Assembly: GCA_963422615.1 (NCBI GenBank)
Contig: OY730414.1
Location: 930,001 to 994,000, forward strand
Direction: 5' to 3'
DNA: 64,000 nucleotides
Source: Longimicrobiales bacterium
GTDB lineage: Bacteria; Gemmatimonadota; Gemmatimonadetes; Longimicrobiales; Gaopeijiaceae
In this document: piece by piece, positions 25,451 to 36,467 of the stretch
Layout of the letters: each line of letters opens with the position of its first letter
Numbering within the stretch: the first letter of the stretch is position 1
Notes under the pieces: model-generated
What the model was told of the DNA's origin: nothing
Databases searched by the model: none
What the model saw: the letters and a program-made list of their open reading frames with translations, nothing else
Position numbers and translations under genes: made by a program

Positions 25451-26284
25451 TCAAATCAGGTACCCGCCGTCAACCGGAATGACGGCTCCGGTGAGGTGGC
25501 GGGCGGCCTCGGTGCACAAGAAAACGATGACGGAAGCCACGTCCTGAGGATCACCCAGACGGCCCAGGACGCTTCTTTCCCGGGCCCGGTCGATGATTTC
25601 CGCCGGAACCCGGCTCGTCAGTTCCGTTGTGCGGATGTACCCTGGGGCCACTGCGTTCACGTTCACGTTCGACGGGCCGAGTTCTGCCGCTGCGCTGCGG
25701 GTCAGGCCAAGGAGTCCCGCCTTCGACGAACAGTAGTTCGCGAGGCCGAACTCGCTTGAGAGTCCGTGTACCGAAGACACGTTGACGATCTTGCCGAACT
25801 CCTGGGCCCGAAAACAGGGAGCGACCGCCCGGGTAAAGAAAAAGGCGCCGGAAAGGTTGGTCTCGATCACGGTGCGCCATTCTTCGTCGGACATACTCCA
25901 GAGGGCCCGGTCCTGGCCGACGCCAGCGTTGTTGACAAGGAAGTGGAGTCCCCCCAGCCGGTCGTGGGCCTCCGAGACAAAATCTGCGGCATCGGTGCCG
26001 TCCCGGACATCCCCCGGCCTGGAGAAGACCCGCACCCCGTTCCGGCGCAAGGCTTCGGCGACTTCCTCCGCATCCTGTTGGCTCTTCGTCCCCTCGTCCC
26101 GGTAGTTGAAGGCCACGTGCGTGCCCCTCCGGGAGAAGGCGATCGCTGTTGCCCGTCCGATTCCACTGGATCCGCCGGTCACGATGGCGACGGAACCCCG
26201 CAGGGAGGGGAGGAAGCGGTCGGGGTGAGGATCCGGTTCGGTCCCCACATTGCCCCAAAGCCGCTCCACGGCATCCGCGCTCAT
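25451..26284 (-). CDS. SDR oxidoreductase (FabG-like)
   Basis: TGGSSGIG, NNAG, YCSSK and VNAVAPG motifs; start placed at the ATGA overlap with the XdhC-family gene. Confidence 0.92.
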   Translation of the reverse strand: MSADAVERLWGNVGTEPDPHPDRFLPSLRGSVAIVTGGSSGIGRATAIAFSRRGTHVAFNYRDEGTKSQQDAEEVAEALRRNGVRVFSRPGDVRDGTDAADFVSEAHDRLGGLHFLVNNAGVGQDRALWSMSDEEWRTVIETNLSGAFFFTRAVAPCFRAQEFGKIVNVSSVHGLSSEFGLANYCSSKAGLLGLTRSAAAELGPSNVNVNAVAPGYIRTTELTSRVPAEIIDRARERSVLGRLGDPQDVASVIVFLCTEAARHLTGAVIPVDGGYLI

Positions 26285-27246
26285 ACCACCTCTTCCATGC
26301 CGCACACGGGGTCGGTCGCCCGGGAAGCTGGCTCCTTCGGAGCGTTCGAGCAGAAGGAAGGCTCGGGGGGACAGGAATCCGGCAGGTCGGTCCGGAGTTT
26401 TTCGGTTGCTTTCCCGGCCGACGCCCCGCGATGGGTGTCCTTCCCGTCCCATCGGACATCCACCCCGATCACCTCGGCCAGGATGCTGACCGCGACCTCT
26501 TCCGGCGTCCGGGCGCCGATGTCGAGGCCGGCGGGACCCCGAATCCGGGCGACCTCCTGCTCCTTCCCTCCGCGGTTGACCAGGGCCGTCCGGATCCGCG
26601 CCATGCGGGTGGGGGATGCGACAACGCCCAAGTAGTCGGGTCGGGCGGTCATGAGCGCTTCGATGGCCTCCTCATCACTCCGCCCCAGGGTCGCCACGAC
26701 GGCGACCAGCTTCGCGCCCGCCGGACGCTCCGCGTAACGGCGGAACGGGCTGCTGGAGAGACCTTCGCCGGGCTCCTCCGCCGGGGTCGCCGGGCCCCCG
26801 CTTTCGGACCCTGCAAAATCAACCCAGTACCCCATCGCTCTTCCCAGGCGGGCGATCGCCTTCGCGACGGGTGACCCGCCCGCGACCAGGAGCCGGGGAA
26901 CGGGAAAGATCGGATTGATGTGGATTTCCACCTTCCCCTCGCTGCTACAGTGCATGGGAACCGGGACCCATCCTTCGGGCGAAGGGTCGCCGGCGTCCTC
27001 GCGGGTCACGCTGAAGGCCAGGAGCTTTGGCTTGGCATCGCGGAGGGCCGCCAGAGCGTGGCGGACGACTTCCGGTTGCGTGCAGCTCCCGCCAATCCAA
27101 CCGTGGATTTTCCCACTGGCGGTGATGACGGCGGTGTTCCCCGGGCTTGCCGAACTCGGTCGTTCCCGTCGCACCACGGTGGCAAGGGCATACGGACGCT
27201 GGGCATCAAGGGCCTGGGCCGCGACCCGAAGCAACTGCTCGTTCAC
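26281..27246 (-). CDS. XdhC/CoxI family molybdoenzyme accessory protein
   Basis: ALATVV, GWIGGSC, GPAGLDIGARTPEEVAVSILAE; ends in DPVCGM (start of a YHS-like motif). Confidence 0.9.
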   Translation of the reverse strand: MNEQLLRVAAQALDAQRPYALATVVRRERPSSASPGNTAVITASGKIHGWIGGSCTQPEVVRHALAALRDAKPKLLAFSVTREDAGDPSPEGWVPVPMHCSSEGKVEIHINPIFPVPRLLVAGGSPVAKAIARLGRAMGYWVDFAGSESGGPATPAEEPGEGLSSSPFRRYAERPAGAKLVAVVATLGRSDEEAIEALMTARPDYLGVVASPTRMARIRTALVNRGGKEQEVARIRGPAGLDIGARTPEEVAVSILAEVIGVDVRWDGKDTHRGASAGKATEKLRTDLPDSCPPEPSFCSNAPKEPASRATDPVCGMEEVV

Positions 27247-28025
27247 TCCCGGACTCCGGTACGCGGCGCGGGGAGAGCTGTAACGGGCCAGGGCGAAGGG
27301 GATCCGGCGGGTGCTTTGGTCGTTGCCGCCAGGGGACCCGGAGATGAGCGTGCGCCAGGTGGGGCCAGGGTTCCGGGGTGTGGGGCCCGAGCCGCTGAGC
27401 GGGGGGCCAATTCCCGGCGTACCTGCTCGTAGTCCGCGGCCCGGTCCAGATCCCGTGCCGCCCCCAAGGGCCAGACGACTTCGGCGGCGTCCCGACGGTG
27501 GCGCCGCCGAACTCCCCGCCCGCAGCGGGCGTCCATTCGTCCCAACTCTCCGAACAGCCGCCTGTCGTAGAGGACCGGCGGCGCGTGAAGGCCGGCGCCA
27601 TACCGGGAGATCACCAACGGGGCGCCGGTTTCTCGGTGGTGCGCCGCCAGCGTCCGAAGCATTCCGGCCGTCACGAAGGGCATGTCGGCCAGCACCACCA
27701 CCGCCGCTGCGGACTCATCGACCCGGGCGACGCCGGTGGCCACGGTCGTGTGGATCCCCCCTTCGTGATCCTCGTTGAACTGGACATCGCACCCCAGATC
27801 GGCCACCTGTGCCCCTACGGCTTCCCGCTCGTGGCCCACCACGACTACCACAGGGTCCAGCCCCGCCCGAAGCGCGGTGCGGGCAGCCCGTCGCACGAGG
27901 GCTTCACCCCCGACTTCCAGAAGGAGCTTGTTGCAGCCCATACGGGTCGAGGAACCCGCCGCCAGCACGATTCCCGCCACCCTGCCCTCCCTTGGCACCG
28001 GGTTGGCGTCCCGTTGCCGGTTCAC
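27243..28025 (-). CDS. MocA-like molybdenum cofactor nucleotidyltransferase
   Basis: IVLAAGSSTRMG.NKLL, LADMP and DLD motifs. Confidence 0.88.
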   Translation of the reverse strand: MNRQRDANPVPREGRVAGIVLAAGSSTRMGCNKLLLEVGGEALVRRAARTALRAGLDPVVVVVGHEREAVGAQVADLGCDVQFNEDHEGGIHTTVATGVARVDESAAAVVVLADMPFVTAGMLRTLAAHHRETGAPLVISRYGAGLHAPPVLYDRRLFGELGRMDARCGRGVRRRHRRDAAEVVWPLGAARDLDRAADYEQVRRELAPRSAARAPHPGTLAPPGARSSPGPLAATTKAPAGSPSPWPVTALPAPRTGVRE

Positions 28026-28996
28026 GGTCCGGCCGGGTCGTGCCCCGGTGCGCTGGCGGCCCCGGTGGGTTCGGGCCTATCGGTCTCCGGGGCGCTCTCG
28101 ATCCAGGCCGACACCCACAATACCGCAAGCATGTCGGCGCCCGCGGCCAGGCGTTGGGCCGCAAATTCACGAGCGGAGCTCGGGGCGGGCCGGTCCGACT
28201 CGAATCCCTCGTCCCGATCGATCCGGTAGAGCGTCTCGACGTGCTCGTGCGTGGCGCGAATATAGGCGATCACCGCCTCCCGGGCCGCCCCCGCCACCGA
28301 ATGCGGCGACCCTTGGCGCATGTACCGTTGCACGTCATCCGGGGTCACATGCGCCTCCACGAAGTACCGTTCGAAACGAGCATGGAAGCCGTTGTCCCGG
28401 GTGTAGCCCTGCGGATTGGGCGTGTTCGCATTCCAGCCGTTGAAGTGGATGGTCGTGTGATGCGGTTGAGATCCGTCGGTCACGTAGTGCCCCAGAACGC
28501 CGGCGTCGTTGACGATGCGCTCCTCGATCCAGGCCCGCCGAACCGGGTCGTCTTCACTCCGCCACCGTCCCCACCCGGAGACCAGGCGCTGATACAGCTC
28601 GACGATTCGATACGGCAGAAATCCCGCGTCCCGCTCCGGTTGCTCCAGACCCGCGTCGTAGAGGATTCGCAGGAAAGCGAACCGGTCCGGTGCTTCGAGG
28701 GCCCGCTCCGGGAGGTTCTCCAGGTCGATGTAGTGGTCGTACGCAAAGGCTTGGTCCATCTCCCGAGCGTCCGGATTCCGCCAGCGGTCCGGCTCCGGGT
28801 TCAGATAGGCGAGCTGGGGGCCCGCTTCACGGAAAAAGGAGGGGACCTGATCTGGAAGGGCCGCGACTGCGGCCCGTGCCGCCATTTCGTGGCCGGTGAA
28901 GCCCCAGGGTGGATGTGGGGCTCGGGCGTCTCTTCCGGAAGCGGACAGGGCCGCGAGCACGAGGATCTGAAGAAGCATCGGCATCTTACATCCCAT
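28022..28996 (-). CDS. Secreted S1/P1 nuclease / zinc phospholipase C-like protein
   Basis: Signal peptide; WG..GH, HYID, GHYVTD.SQPHH and FHARFE motifs. Confidence 0.8.
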   Translation of the reverse strand: MGCKMPMLLQILVLAALSASGRDARAPHPPWGFTGHEMAARAAVAALPDQVPSFFREAGPQLAYLNPEPDRWRNPDAREMDQAFAYDHYIDLENLPERALEAPDRFAFLRILYDAGLEQPERDAGFLPYRIVELYQRLVSGWGRWRSEDDPVRRAWIEERIVNDAGVLGHYVTDGSQPHHTTIHFNGWNANTPNPQGYTRDNGFHARFERYFVEAHVTPDDVQRYMRQGSPHSVAGAAREAVIAYIRATHEHVETLYRIDRDEGFESDRPAPSSAREFAAQRLAAGADMLAVLWVSAWIESAPETDRPEPTGAASAPGHDPAGP

Positions 28997-29783
28997 CCTT
29001 TCCGGCTTGCCGGCGGGACATCACGAACGGCGAACGCTGGGCCGTAGGCATCACGACCATGTGCAGAACATTCACGCGGGGGTGTGCGTTCAGCACGTAG
29101 CAGACGGCATCGGCCACGTCCTCGGGTTGAAGGGCGTCGACCCCCTCGTAGGTCTGCCCGGACCGGGCTTTGTCGCCCCGGAAGCGCACAAAGGAGAATT
29201 CGGTTTCGACCAAGCCGGGATCCACGCTGGACATCCGCACGTTTGTATCGACCAGATCCAGGTTGGTCGCCTCTGTCAGGGCCCGAACCGCGTACTTGGT
29301 GGCGTTGTAGACGTTGCCCTTTGGGTAGACCCAGTGGCCCGCGATGCTCCCGATGTTGACGATATGCCCCGAATTCCGAGCGATCATTCCGGGCAACAGC
29401 GCCCGGGTCATGTTGAGGACCCCCTTGATGTTGGTATCGATCATCTCGTCCCAGTCCCTATGCTTCCCCTCGTGCACAAGGTCCAGGCCTCGGGCCAGAC
29501 CCGCGTTGTTGACCAAAATGTCGACGGCCATCCGGTGGTCTTCGAGCCACTCCGCGAAGGTGGAAACGCCGTCCCGATCCCTGACGTCGAGGACATAGGG
29601 ATGGACGACGGGGTCCGGGCCGACCTCTTTCGCAACTTCAGCGGCCAGGCTGCTCAGTCTGTCACCCCGCCGCCCGATGACCACGATGCGGGCCCCGGAA
29701 TCCGCCAGGGCCCGGGCGCAGGCCTCTCCGATTCCCGCGGTGGCGCCGGTGACCACGGCGGTCCTTCCCCGGATTCGATTCAT
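28986..29783 (-). CDS. SDR oxidoreductase (YdfG-like)
   Basis: TGATAGIG, NNAGLA, YNATK and PGLVETEFS motifs. Confidence 0.92.
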   Translation of the reverse strand: MNRIRGRTAVVTGATAGIGEACARALADSGARIVVIGRRGDRLSSLAAEVAKEVGPDPVVHPYVLDVRDRDGVSTFAEWLEDHRMAVDILVNNAGLARGLDLVHEGKHRDWDEMIDTNIKGVLNMTRALLPGMIARNSGHIVNIGSIAGHWVYPKGNVYNATKYAVRALTEATNLDLVDTNVRMSSVDPGLVETEFSFVRFRGDKARSGQTYEGVDALQPEDVADAVCYVLNAHPRVNVLHMVVMPTAQRSPFVMSRRQAGKDGM

Positions 29784-29789
29784 GTCCGC

Positions 29790-31940
29790 CTATCCGTCCG
29801 CGCGCGGTCGTTCGCGTTGGAGGAACCTGTCGAACCACGCCAGGATTCGCTCGGAAACATCCATTAGGAATTTGGGTTCCCTGGGCCCGTGGGGCGTACG
29901 GGGGTAGACCACCATCTCCGTATCCACCCCCAGCCGAACCAGGGAGTTGTAGAATTCCTGGCCCTGGGTGAAGGGGACCCGAAGGTCTTGGGCGCCGTGA
30001 ATGACCTGGGTGGGCGTCTTCACATTCTTGATCTGGTAGATGGCCGAGTGCTTCTCGTAGGTGTCGTAGTCGTCGAAGTACTCCCCTCCCATGTGGGCGG
30101 CCAGATAGTCGCCGATATCGGTGGTTGTCACCATGCTCACCAGGTTGGGTAGCCCTGCCCCCATGGAGGCGGCCTTGAAGCGGTCGGTTTGGGTGACCGC
30201 AAAGGACGTCATGTAGCCGCCGTAGCTCCAGCCCATGAGGAGCAGGCTGTCCGGATGGGCCACGCCCATGCCGATGACTTCGTCAACACCGGCGAGCAGG
30301 TCGGAGAGGTCGCCGTACCCCCAGTCCTGGATGTTGGCGTACCGGAACTCCTTCCCGTAGCCGGTACTTCCCCGGGGGTTGGGACGCAGCACGGCGAAGC
30401 CTTCCTGGGCAAAGTACTGAATCATGTAGATGCTGGGAGCACCGGTGAAGGACTGGCTGAAGACGCCGGCCGGGCCGCCGTGGACATTCAGGATCAGAGG
30501 AACCCGGCCCCCGGCCTGGTAGTCCACCGGATAGGTGAGAAGCCCCTCCACCGGGGTTCCGTCGGGGGCGTTCCACGCGAGGAGTTCGGTGCGGCCCATG
30601 GGCGGGCGGGGCACATCTTGGGCGATGGCGGTCAGCGGATCGGGCTGGAAGGCGTCCAGCCCCGTAACGTACACTTCTCGGGGCTCGTCGGTCGTTTCCC
30701 ACGTCAGGGCCAGAACCCCGGCCTCGGAGGCAAGGGCGGCGGAACCGACCACGCCGTTCCCTACCGTCACCTGCCGGATCTCGTTGCTTCCCTTGACCGG
30801 CACGGCGATCACATGGCGGGTGGTCCCCAATACCTCGTTGAGGAAGACGTCGTCGGAGTTGGCGGACCAGCCGAGAATCGAAGCGCTCCGGTTCGGCGTC
30901 TCCGCCAAACGCCGAGATGACCCGGTTTCCGGGTCCACCACGTACAGGTCCCCCAGTCCCACGGGCTCGGGCTGTTCGCCGGTGGATACGTAGGCGATCA
31001 GGGAGCCGTCGGGCGACCAACGCGGAGAGGACTCGACCCCGGCGCCCGTCACCAGCTGGCGAGGGAGCCCCCCGGAGGCGGAGACGACGGCGATATCTCC
31101 TGAGGAGCGCCCGGTATTGATCCTGGGGTCTCTCTGGTGGGAGAAAACCAGCGCTGTGCCGTCCGGTGACCAGTCGAAAGCGTTGACGTGGAACTCCCCT
31201 TCCGTGACCCGGGCTGCTTCCGCGGGTTCGGTGGCCGATGGGTCGAAGGGAACGGCATACAGGTGGGCGTACTTGAAGTTCCGGTCGACCAGGATTACGT
31301 CCCGCTTTTCCTTTTCCGCTTTCTCCTCCTCTTCCGTTTGCGCGTCCCTCATGGTGAACGCGAGCGCGTCGCCGGCAGGGGACCAGCGGAACTGCCCCGT
31401 GCCGGCCTTGGCGTCCGTGATCTGGCGGGCCTCTCCACCGTTCAGTGAAATGGCCCAGATCTGGTTCTTCCCGGACCGGCTAGTGGTGAAGGCGAGCCAC
31501 TCCCCGTCGGGAGAGAAGGCGGGGCTGGACGCAGACTTCTCACCTCGGGTGAACTGGACGTTCCGGGTTCCGTCCCGGGATACGAGCCAGATGTGGCTAC
31601 GAAATTCGGATTGTTCGGCCTCCATGAGGGGTTCCCGCACGACGTACGCGACGTTCTCCCCGTCGGGAGAGACAGCCAAGCCTGAAATCTGGGCGAAGCG
31701 CATGCTCAGGGCAGGGGTCCAGCGGTCCCACGAGGGGGCGCCTTCCCCCGGATCTTGGGCGCGAACCGCTAGCGAAGTCCAGGGGAGGGCGGCAACGGCC
31801 AGCAGGACTGCGAAGCCGGTTCGGGTAGCGATTCGGGGGGTAGGGCGCGGGCCCGGGGCCGGCGGTCGGGAAGGGATCGACGGCGGGAGCGGAGAAAGTT
31901 GCGCGGGTTGTGCGGTTCTGGCCGGTCGTGAAGTCTTCAA
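29790..31940 (-). CDS. Secreted S9 family peptidase with TolB-like propeller
   Basis: SPDG repeats, VHGGP, GWSYGG, DLRVP and PHG motifs; start uncertain. Confidence 0.92.
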   Translation of the reverse strand: MKTSRPARTAQPAQLSPLPPSIPSRPPAPGPRPTPRIATRTGFAVLLAVAALPWTSLAVRAQDPGEGAPSWDRWTPALSMRFAQISGLAVSPDGENVAYVVREPLMEAEQSEFRSHIWLVSRDGTRNVQFTRGEKSASSPAFSPDGEWLAFTTSRSGKNQIWAISLNGGEARQITDAKAGTGQFRWSPAGDALAFTMRDAQTEEEEKAEKEKRDVILVDRNFKYAHLYAVPFDPSATEPAEAARVTEGEFHVNAFDWSPDGTALVFSHQRDPRINTGRSSGDIAVVSASGGLPRQLVTGAGVESSPRWSPDGSLIAYVSTGEQPEPVGLGDLYVVDPETGSSRRLAETPNRSASILGWSANSDDVFLNEVLGTTRHVIAVPVKGSNEIRQVTVGNGVVGSAALASEAGVLALTWETTDEPREVYVTGLDAFQPDPLTAIAQDVPRPPMGRTELLAWNAPDGTPVEGLLTYPVDYQAGGRVPLILNVHGGPAGVFSQSFTGAPSIYMIQYFAQEGFAVLRPNPRGSTGYGKEFRYANIQDWGYGDLSDLLAGVDEVIGMGVAHPDSLLLMGWSYGGYMTSFAVTQTDRFKAASMGAGLPNLVSMVTTTDIGDYLAAHMGGEYFDDYDTYEKHSAIYQIKNVKTPTQVIHGAQDLRVPFTQGQEFYNSLVRLGVDTEMVVYPRTPHGPREPKFLMDVSERILAWFDRFLQRERPRADG

Positions 31941-32083
31941 CCTGGGTCCTTCCGTTAAGGGTTGGGTTCCGGGCGGTGGGGGGTCTTCGCATAGTACCGT
32001 CCGGGTACAATGGCGCCCGGGGGTACATCCAGGCAAACGGGTCGGCGGGGCCCGGAGCGGTGAAGGCCAGACGAGGACGGGAG

Positions 32084-32938
32084 ATGCTTGAACCACGACC
32101 ACAGATTCTTGCGGCGGTCCGGGTCTCACCCCCTCCCTTCGCCGAGCGAGACGCCTTTCCGTTCTGCATCCCGGCCCTCCGGAGCCTGAAAGCGCTTTCC
32201 TTCCCAGGCCCGGTGACGATCTTTGCGGGGGAGAACGGCTCCGGCAAGTCGACCCTCCTGGAAGCCTTGGCGCTGATGGCGAACCTCCCTGCGGTTGGCA
32301 GCGCCGACGTGAAAAAGGACGCTTCCCTGAGGCGGCAGCGCAAACTTGCCCGAACCCTGACGGCGGTTTGGCGGCGACGCACCCACCGAGGCTTTTTCCT
32401 CCGGGCAGAGGACTTCTTCGGGTTCACCCGCAGGCTGGGGGCCCTTAGAAAGGAGATGGAGGAGCGCCTGGAGGAAGTGGACCGGGAGTACCAGGGCAGG
32501 TCCGATCTGGCCCGGGTGCTGGCGAAGGGGCCGGCCGCGGCTTCCCTATCGGCGATGCGGTCCCGCTACGGCGAAGACCTGGACTTCAACTCCCACGGGG
32601 AGAGCTTTCTTCGGCTTTTCCGCTCCCGCTTCATCCCCGACGGCCTCTACCTTTTGGATGAGCCCGAGGCGGCCCTGTCATTCCAGAGCCAGTTGGGGTT
32701 CATCGCCATGATGAGCGACATGGTGGAGCAGGGAGGCCAGTTCGTGATCGCAACCCATTCGCCCATTCTCATGGCCGTCCCCGGAGCCGTGATCTACAGC
32801 TTCGACGCTTCCCCGCTGAAGAGGACGAACTACGAAGAGCTGGAGCCCGTTCAGCTTCTGAAGAGCTTCCTGGAAGGGCCCCAGCGGTACCTGCGTCACA
32901 TTTGGAGCGTACCTTCGCCGGGGTCCGGACAATCCTGA
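32084..32938 (+). CDS. ABC/AAA-type ATPase
   Basis: GENGSGKST, SHGESF, LLDEPEAALS and ATHSPI motifs. Confidence 0.9.
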   Translation: MLEPRPQILAAVRVSPPPFAERDAFPFCIPALRSLKALSFPGPVTIFAGENGSGKSTLLEALALMANLPAVGSADVKKDASLRRQRKLARTLTAVWRRRTHRGFFLRAEDFFGFTRRLGALRKEMEERLEEVDREYQGRSDLARVLAKGPAAASLSAMRSRYGEDLDFNSHGESFLRLFRSRFIPDGLYLLDEPEAALSFQSQLGFIAMMSDMVEQGGQFVIATHSPILMAVPGAVIYSFDASPLKRTNYEELEPVQLLKSFLEGPQRYLRHIWSVPSPGSGQS

Positions 32939-33139
32939 ACACGAAGTCGGCCGCGCCGCTCCCGCAAGAGGAAGGGTGGGGGGCGACTTCAGGCCGGAAA
33001 CCGTGGCCGTTCCCCGGTGTCCAGCGCATATTGGGACGCAGCAGGAACCCCCACATCCCGGCCTTATCCCTGGTCGCGGACAACCCCCGGATCCCCGGGG
33101 CCTCTGCTCCGGACCTTAAGCCTTCAAGGAACCGATGCC

Positions 33140-35076
33140 ATGCCGCGTCCGAAATCACCTCCGTTACCCCGGTCTGCCGGGAAGGTGCTCCCCTGTTTCT
33201 TGGCGATGGCCGTCCCGGGTCTTCTCTTTCCGAGCCCGGACGGGCTCTTCGCCCAAACCGCTACCCGGATCGAAGCCGATCCCCCCAGCCTGGTCATGGA
33301 GCGGGGCACCACCGCCGAGTTGCGAATCCGGTTGGCGGACGCAGGAGGGAGGACGGTAGAGGAACCGGTGCGCGTGGTGGCTCCTCGGCAAGGCTTGGCC
33401 CTGAGCGGCGAAACCGTCACCGCAAGGCGAGTGGGGGAGTACGAGATCGTGGTGACGACTGTGCGGCCCGGACCCGGCGGCCAGCCGCTGCAGCTCATCA
33501 TCCCGGTCGTGGTCGTTTGGCCCCCGGTGGTGCGCATCGAAGTCGAAAGCCCGGGGCCCCTCTACAAGGGCGCGAGGGTGAAGTTCCGTGCGACGGCCCT
33601 GCATGGAGACGGCACCGTTCGTCCCCGAGCCGAGTTTGTCTGGACGACCAGCCACCCCGCCCGGGCCGAGGTTGACGCGTTCGGCCACGTGACCGGAAAG
33701 GCCCGTGGACCGGTGCGGGTCGAAGCCGCTTTTGAAGGCGTGACGGGGGGCCTGTCCCCGGGAGTGCGCGATTTCCCAGGGGCTTCCCTTGTCCTCGAAG
33801 GAGGCGCCCAGACCGTGCGGACCGGTGATGTGCAGATTTTCTCGGCGGTGGTTCGAGACGCGGCCGGGAACCCGATCCCCGATGCGCCGGTCGAGTGGAG
33901 CCACAGCTACGTTCCGGCTCCCGGGGTCATGGCACCGCCCGCTCGGTGGAAATCGTCGGGCAGGGGAGGCAAGAGCGGGTTTATAGCACCGACTTCTGGG
34001 TCTTCGAGGGTGTGGACGGCCGGGACTATGCGCTGGTAGGGGCGAAGCAATCGGACGGCCACGGCTTCGTCTTCGACGTGACGGACCCGGAGAACGTCGT
34101 CAAGACCGACTCCATTCAGGTCGACGCCCGGTCCGTGAACGACGTGAAAGTCTCCCCCGACGGGCGCTACGCCTCCCTCACCCGGGAGGGCGCATCCGAC
34201 CGCCGGAACGGCGTCGTGATCCTGGACCTGGCCGATCCGGCTCATCCCGAGATCGCGGCCGAATACACCGAAGGGCTCACCGGTGGGGTCCACAACGCCT
34301 TTCCCACCAACGACTACCTCTTCGCGCTGTCCAACGGGGACAAGTACGTGATTCTGGACATGCGGGACATCTACAATCCGGTGTACGTCTCCGAGTACGA
34401 CCACCCGAACAGCCGGGTCCACGACGTGTGGGTCCACGACGGGGTCGCCTACTCCGCCGAATGGGGCACAGGGCTGGTTGTGGTCGACGTAGGCAACGGG
34501 AAGTGGGGAGGCACGATTGATGACCCGATCTTCGTCACGAGCTACCCCGTTCCGACGGGGGCGACGCATGCCGTCTTTCCGTACGTCTCCGAATCGACAG
34601 GGAAATTCTATCTATTCATCGGCGACGAGATCCTGACTCGGGAGGGGATGGCCTGGGAGGGGTCGGGCCCGGACTACCGTCGGAAATACGATCCGGCGAC
34701 CGGGACGGGCGGGTACCCCAGGGCCAGCTGGGGCTACATTCAGGTCATCGACTTCGACGACCCGGAGAACCCGAAGATGGTGGCCCGGTACGAGGTGTCC
34801 GAGTTCGGCACCCATAACATCTGGGTCGAGAACGACGTCTTGTACCAGGCGTACTACGAAGGCGGCATGAGGCTCGTGGACGTGTCGGGAGAGCTGATGG
34901 GAAACCTGTACACCCAGGGGCGGGAGATCGCCGTGTACAAGGCGTTCGACCCCGTCGGGTTCATTCCCAACTCCCCGGGAGCCTGGAGCGTGATGCCCCA
35001 CCGGGATCTGGTCTGGTTTGCGGACATCAACTCCGGTCTCTGGGCCCTCAGGATAGGGAAAGGGAATACCCCATGA
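33140..35076 (+). pseudogene. Secreted Ig-like + LVIVD-repeat protein, split by a frameshift near 33940
   Basis: Frame 1 gives a signal peptide and Ig-like repeats; frame 2 gives VVILDLADP/LVVVD repeats with VHN, VHD, TH and THN histidines; no RBS or start for the second part. Confidence 0.7.
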
Positions 35077-35374
35077 ACGCCATGAACACAAGAACGCCAT
35101 GAAAACAAAACAAGGCTTTGATCATTGCAGCGGGAATTGTGGTCGGACTTGTACTCGCGGCAAAAGGCGAAGGTCATTTGCATGGGGACTGTCCGCTGAT
35201 TTTGCTCGGGCGGCGTCATCCCCCGGGCTGCGGTGGCCATTTTGCGGGAGGAGTAGGGCGCCGGAGTCGCAAGCCTACACGGAACGCACACCCGCGGCCG
35301 AGGGGTTTTCAGCTTGCCTAAGGAAAGGCGATTTGGGCCGGTGTGCAGCTGCCGGTGGCCCCGGTGAGGGCGGG

Positions 35375-36457
35375 TTATTCCCGGGTCGGCAGGCCGATTT
35401 CCAGGTCCCCGATGTCGTACCAGTCGATGGCGCGTTGTGCGATTCCGTCTATTCCGGGCTTTCGTTCGACCAATGCGACGAAGGTAGGGCCCATGAGGTC
35501 GTAGCCAATTAGCCGATCCCGAATCTGCACCGTGCCCGCGTATTCGGTTCCCGTGTAGATGTCCAGGTATGAGTTATCGTCCAGGTTGCGCTGGGTTGCG
35601 ACCCAGAGCCGTTCCCAGGCGTCGTAGGAGAGTGCCCCGGACAATAGATGTGCCTTTTTGGGTGTCTTTCGGTACTCTTCTACGTAGGATGCCGGTATAA
35701 AGAAGCCGGCTCGGCCACGCGGAATTGTGTCTTGTGCCTTGTCAGCCATATCGCGTTCATTCGGTAGCTCATCGACGTAGGTCGGGGCTTTGATCACGGT
35801 TGCTGTAGAAGCGTCGAGACTGGCCAGAAACACAAGTTCCCTCTGACACGCCACGAAGACATACCCGCCTGACGGGATGGGTCGTCCCTCGTCCACCTCT
35901 TTGCACTCGGTCTCGGCCACGTCGTGTATGTCTTCCCGCTTCCAGATCACCTCTCCCGAAACCATATCGACTCCAGCCGGAGTGAGACCTCGGGACCGGA
36001 AGTCGGTTGGAACGATGCTAACACCGTATCCGAATATAGCTTTCCCCCAACGCTTTGGGCCGACGATGACGAGAGGCAACGTTTTTTCGGACAGCAATAT
36101 GCCGGTCGGTTCGAAGAACATGAGTCTTGTCGAGCTGATAACGCCCACTGTACCATCCGGTCCTCTGAAAATAGAGGGACTCCATCTGAATTCTCCCGGG
36201 CCCTCTCCACGTCGACCGAAGACTCCTACAACGGCTCCCTGGCGATCACGGCAGTGGACCTGACTCTCATAACTATTGGTCACGCAAGTCGTGTTCTCAT
36301 TGATGAGCACAATCTCGGGGTTGTTGCTCAGAGGAGCCTCGGTCAACGCAACGGGGGTCAAGAACGCGGTCGGCTTTTCGTCCTTGTCGGGGACACAACC
36401 GACGGTAGCGGCCACCACAATGATGGCCGCCACCATAAATGCGGGTCGCATGGACAT
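35375..36457 (-). CDS. Putative lipoprotein, 6-bladed beta-propeller-like (copy A)
   Basis: Lipobox-like TVGC; FGRRGEGPGEF motif typical of NHL-like/6-bladed propellers. Confidence 0.85.
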   Translation of the reverse strand: MSMRPAFMVAAIIVVAATVGCVPDKDEKPTAFLTPVALTEAPLSNNPEIVLINENTTCVTNSYESQVHCRDRQGAVVGVFGRRGEGPGEFRWSPSIFRGPDGTVGVISSTRLMFFEPTGILLSEKTLPLVIVGPKRWGKAIFGYGVSIVPTDFRSRGLTPAGVDMVSGEVIWKREDIHDVAETECKEVDEGRPIPSGGYVFVACQRELVFLASLDASTATVIKAPTYVDELPNERDMADKAQDTIPRGRAGFFIPASYVEEYRKTPKKAHLLSGALSYDAWERLWVATQRNLDDNSYLDIYTGTEYAGTVQIRDRLIGYDLMGPTFVALVERKPGIDGIAQRAIDWYDIGDLEIGLPTRE

Positions 36458-36467
36458 AAACTTGGCC

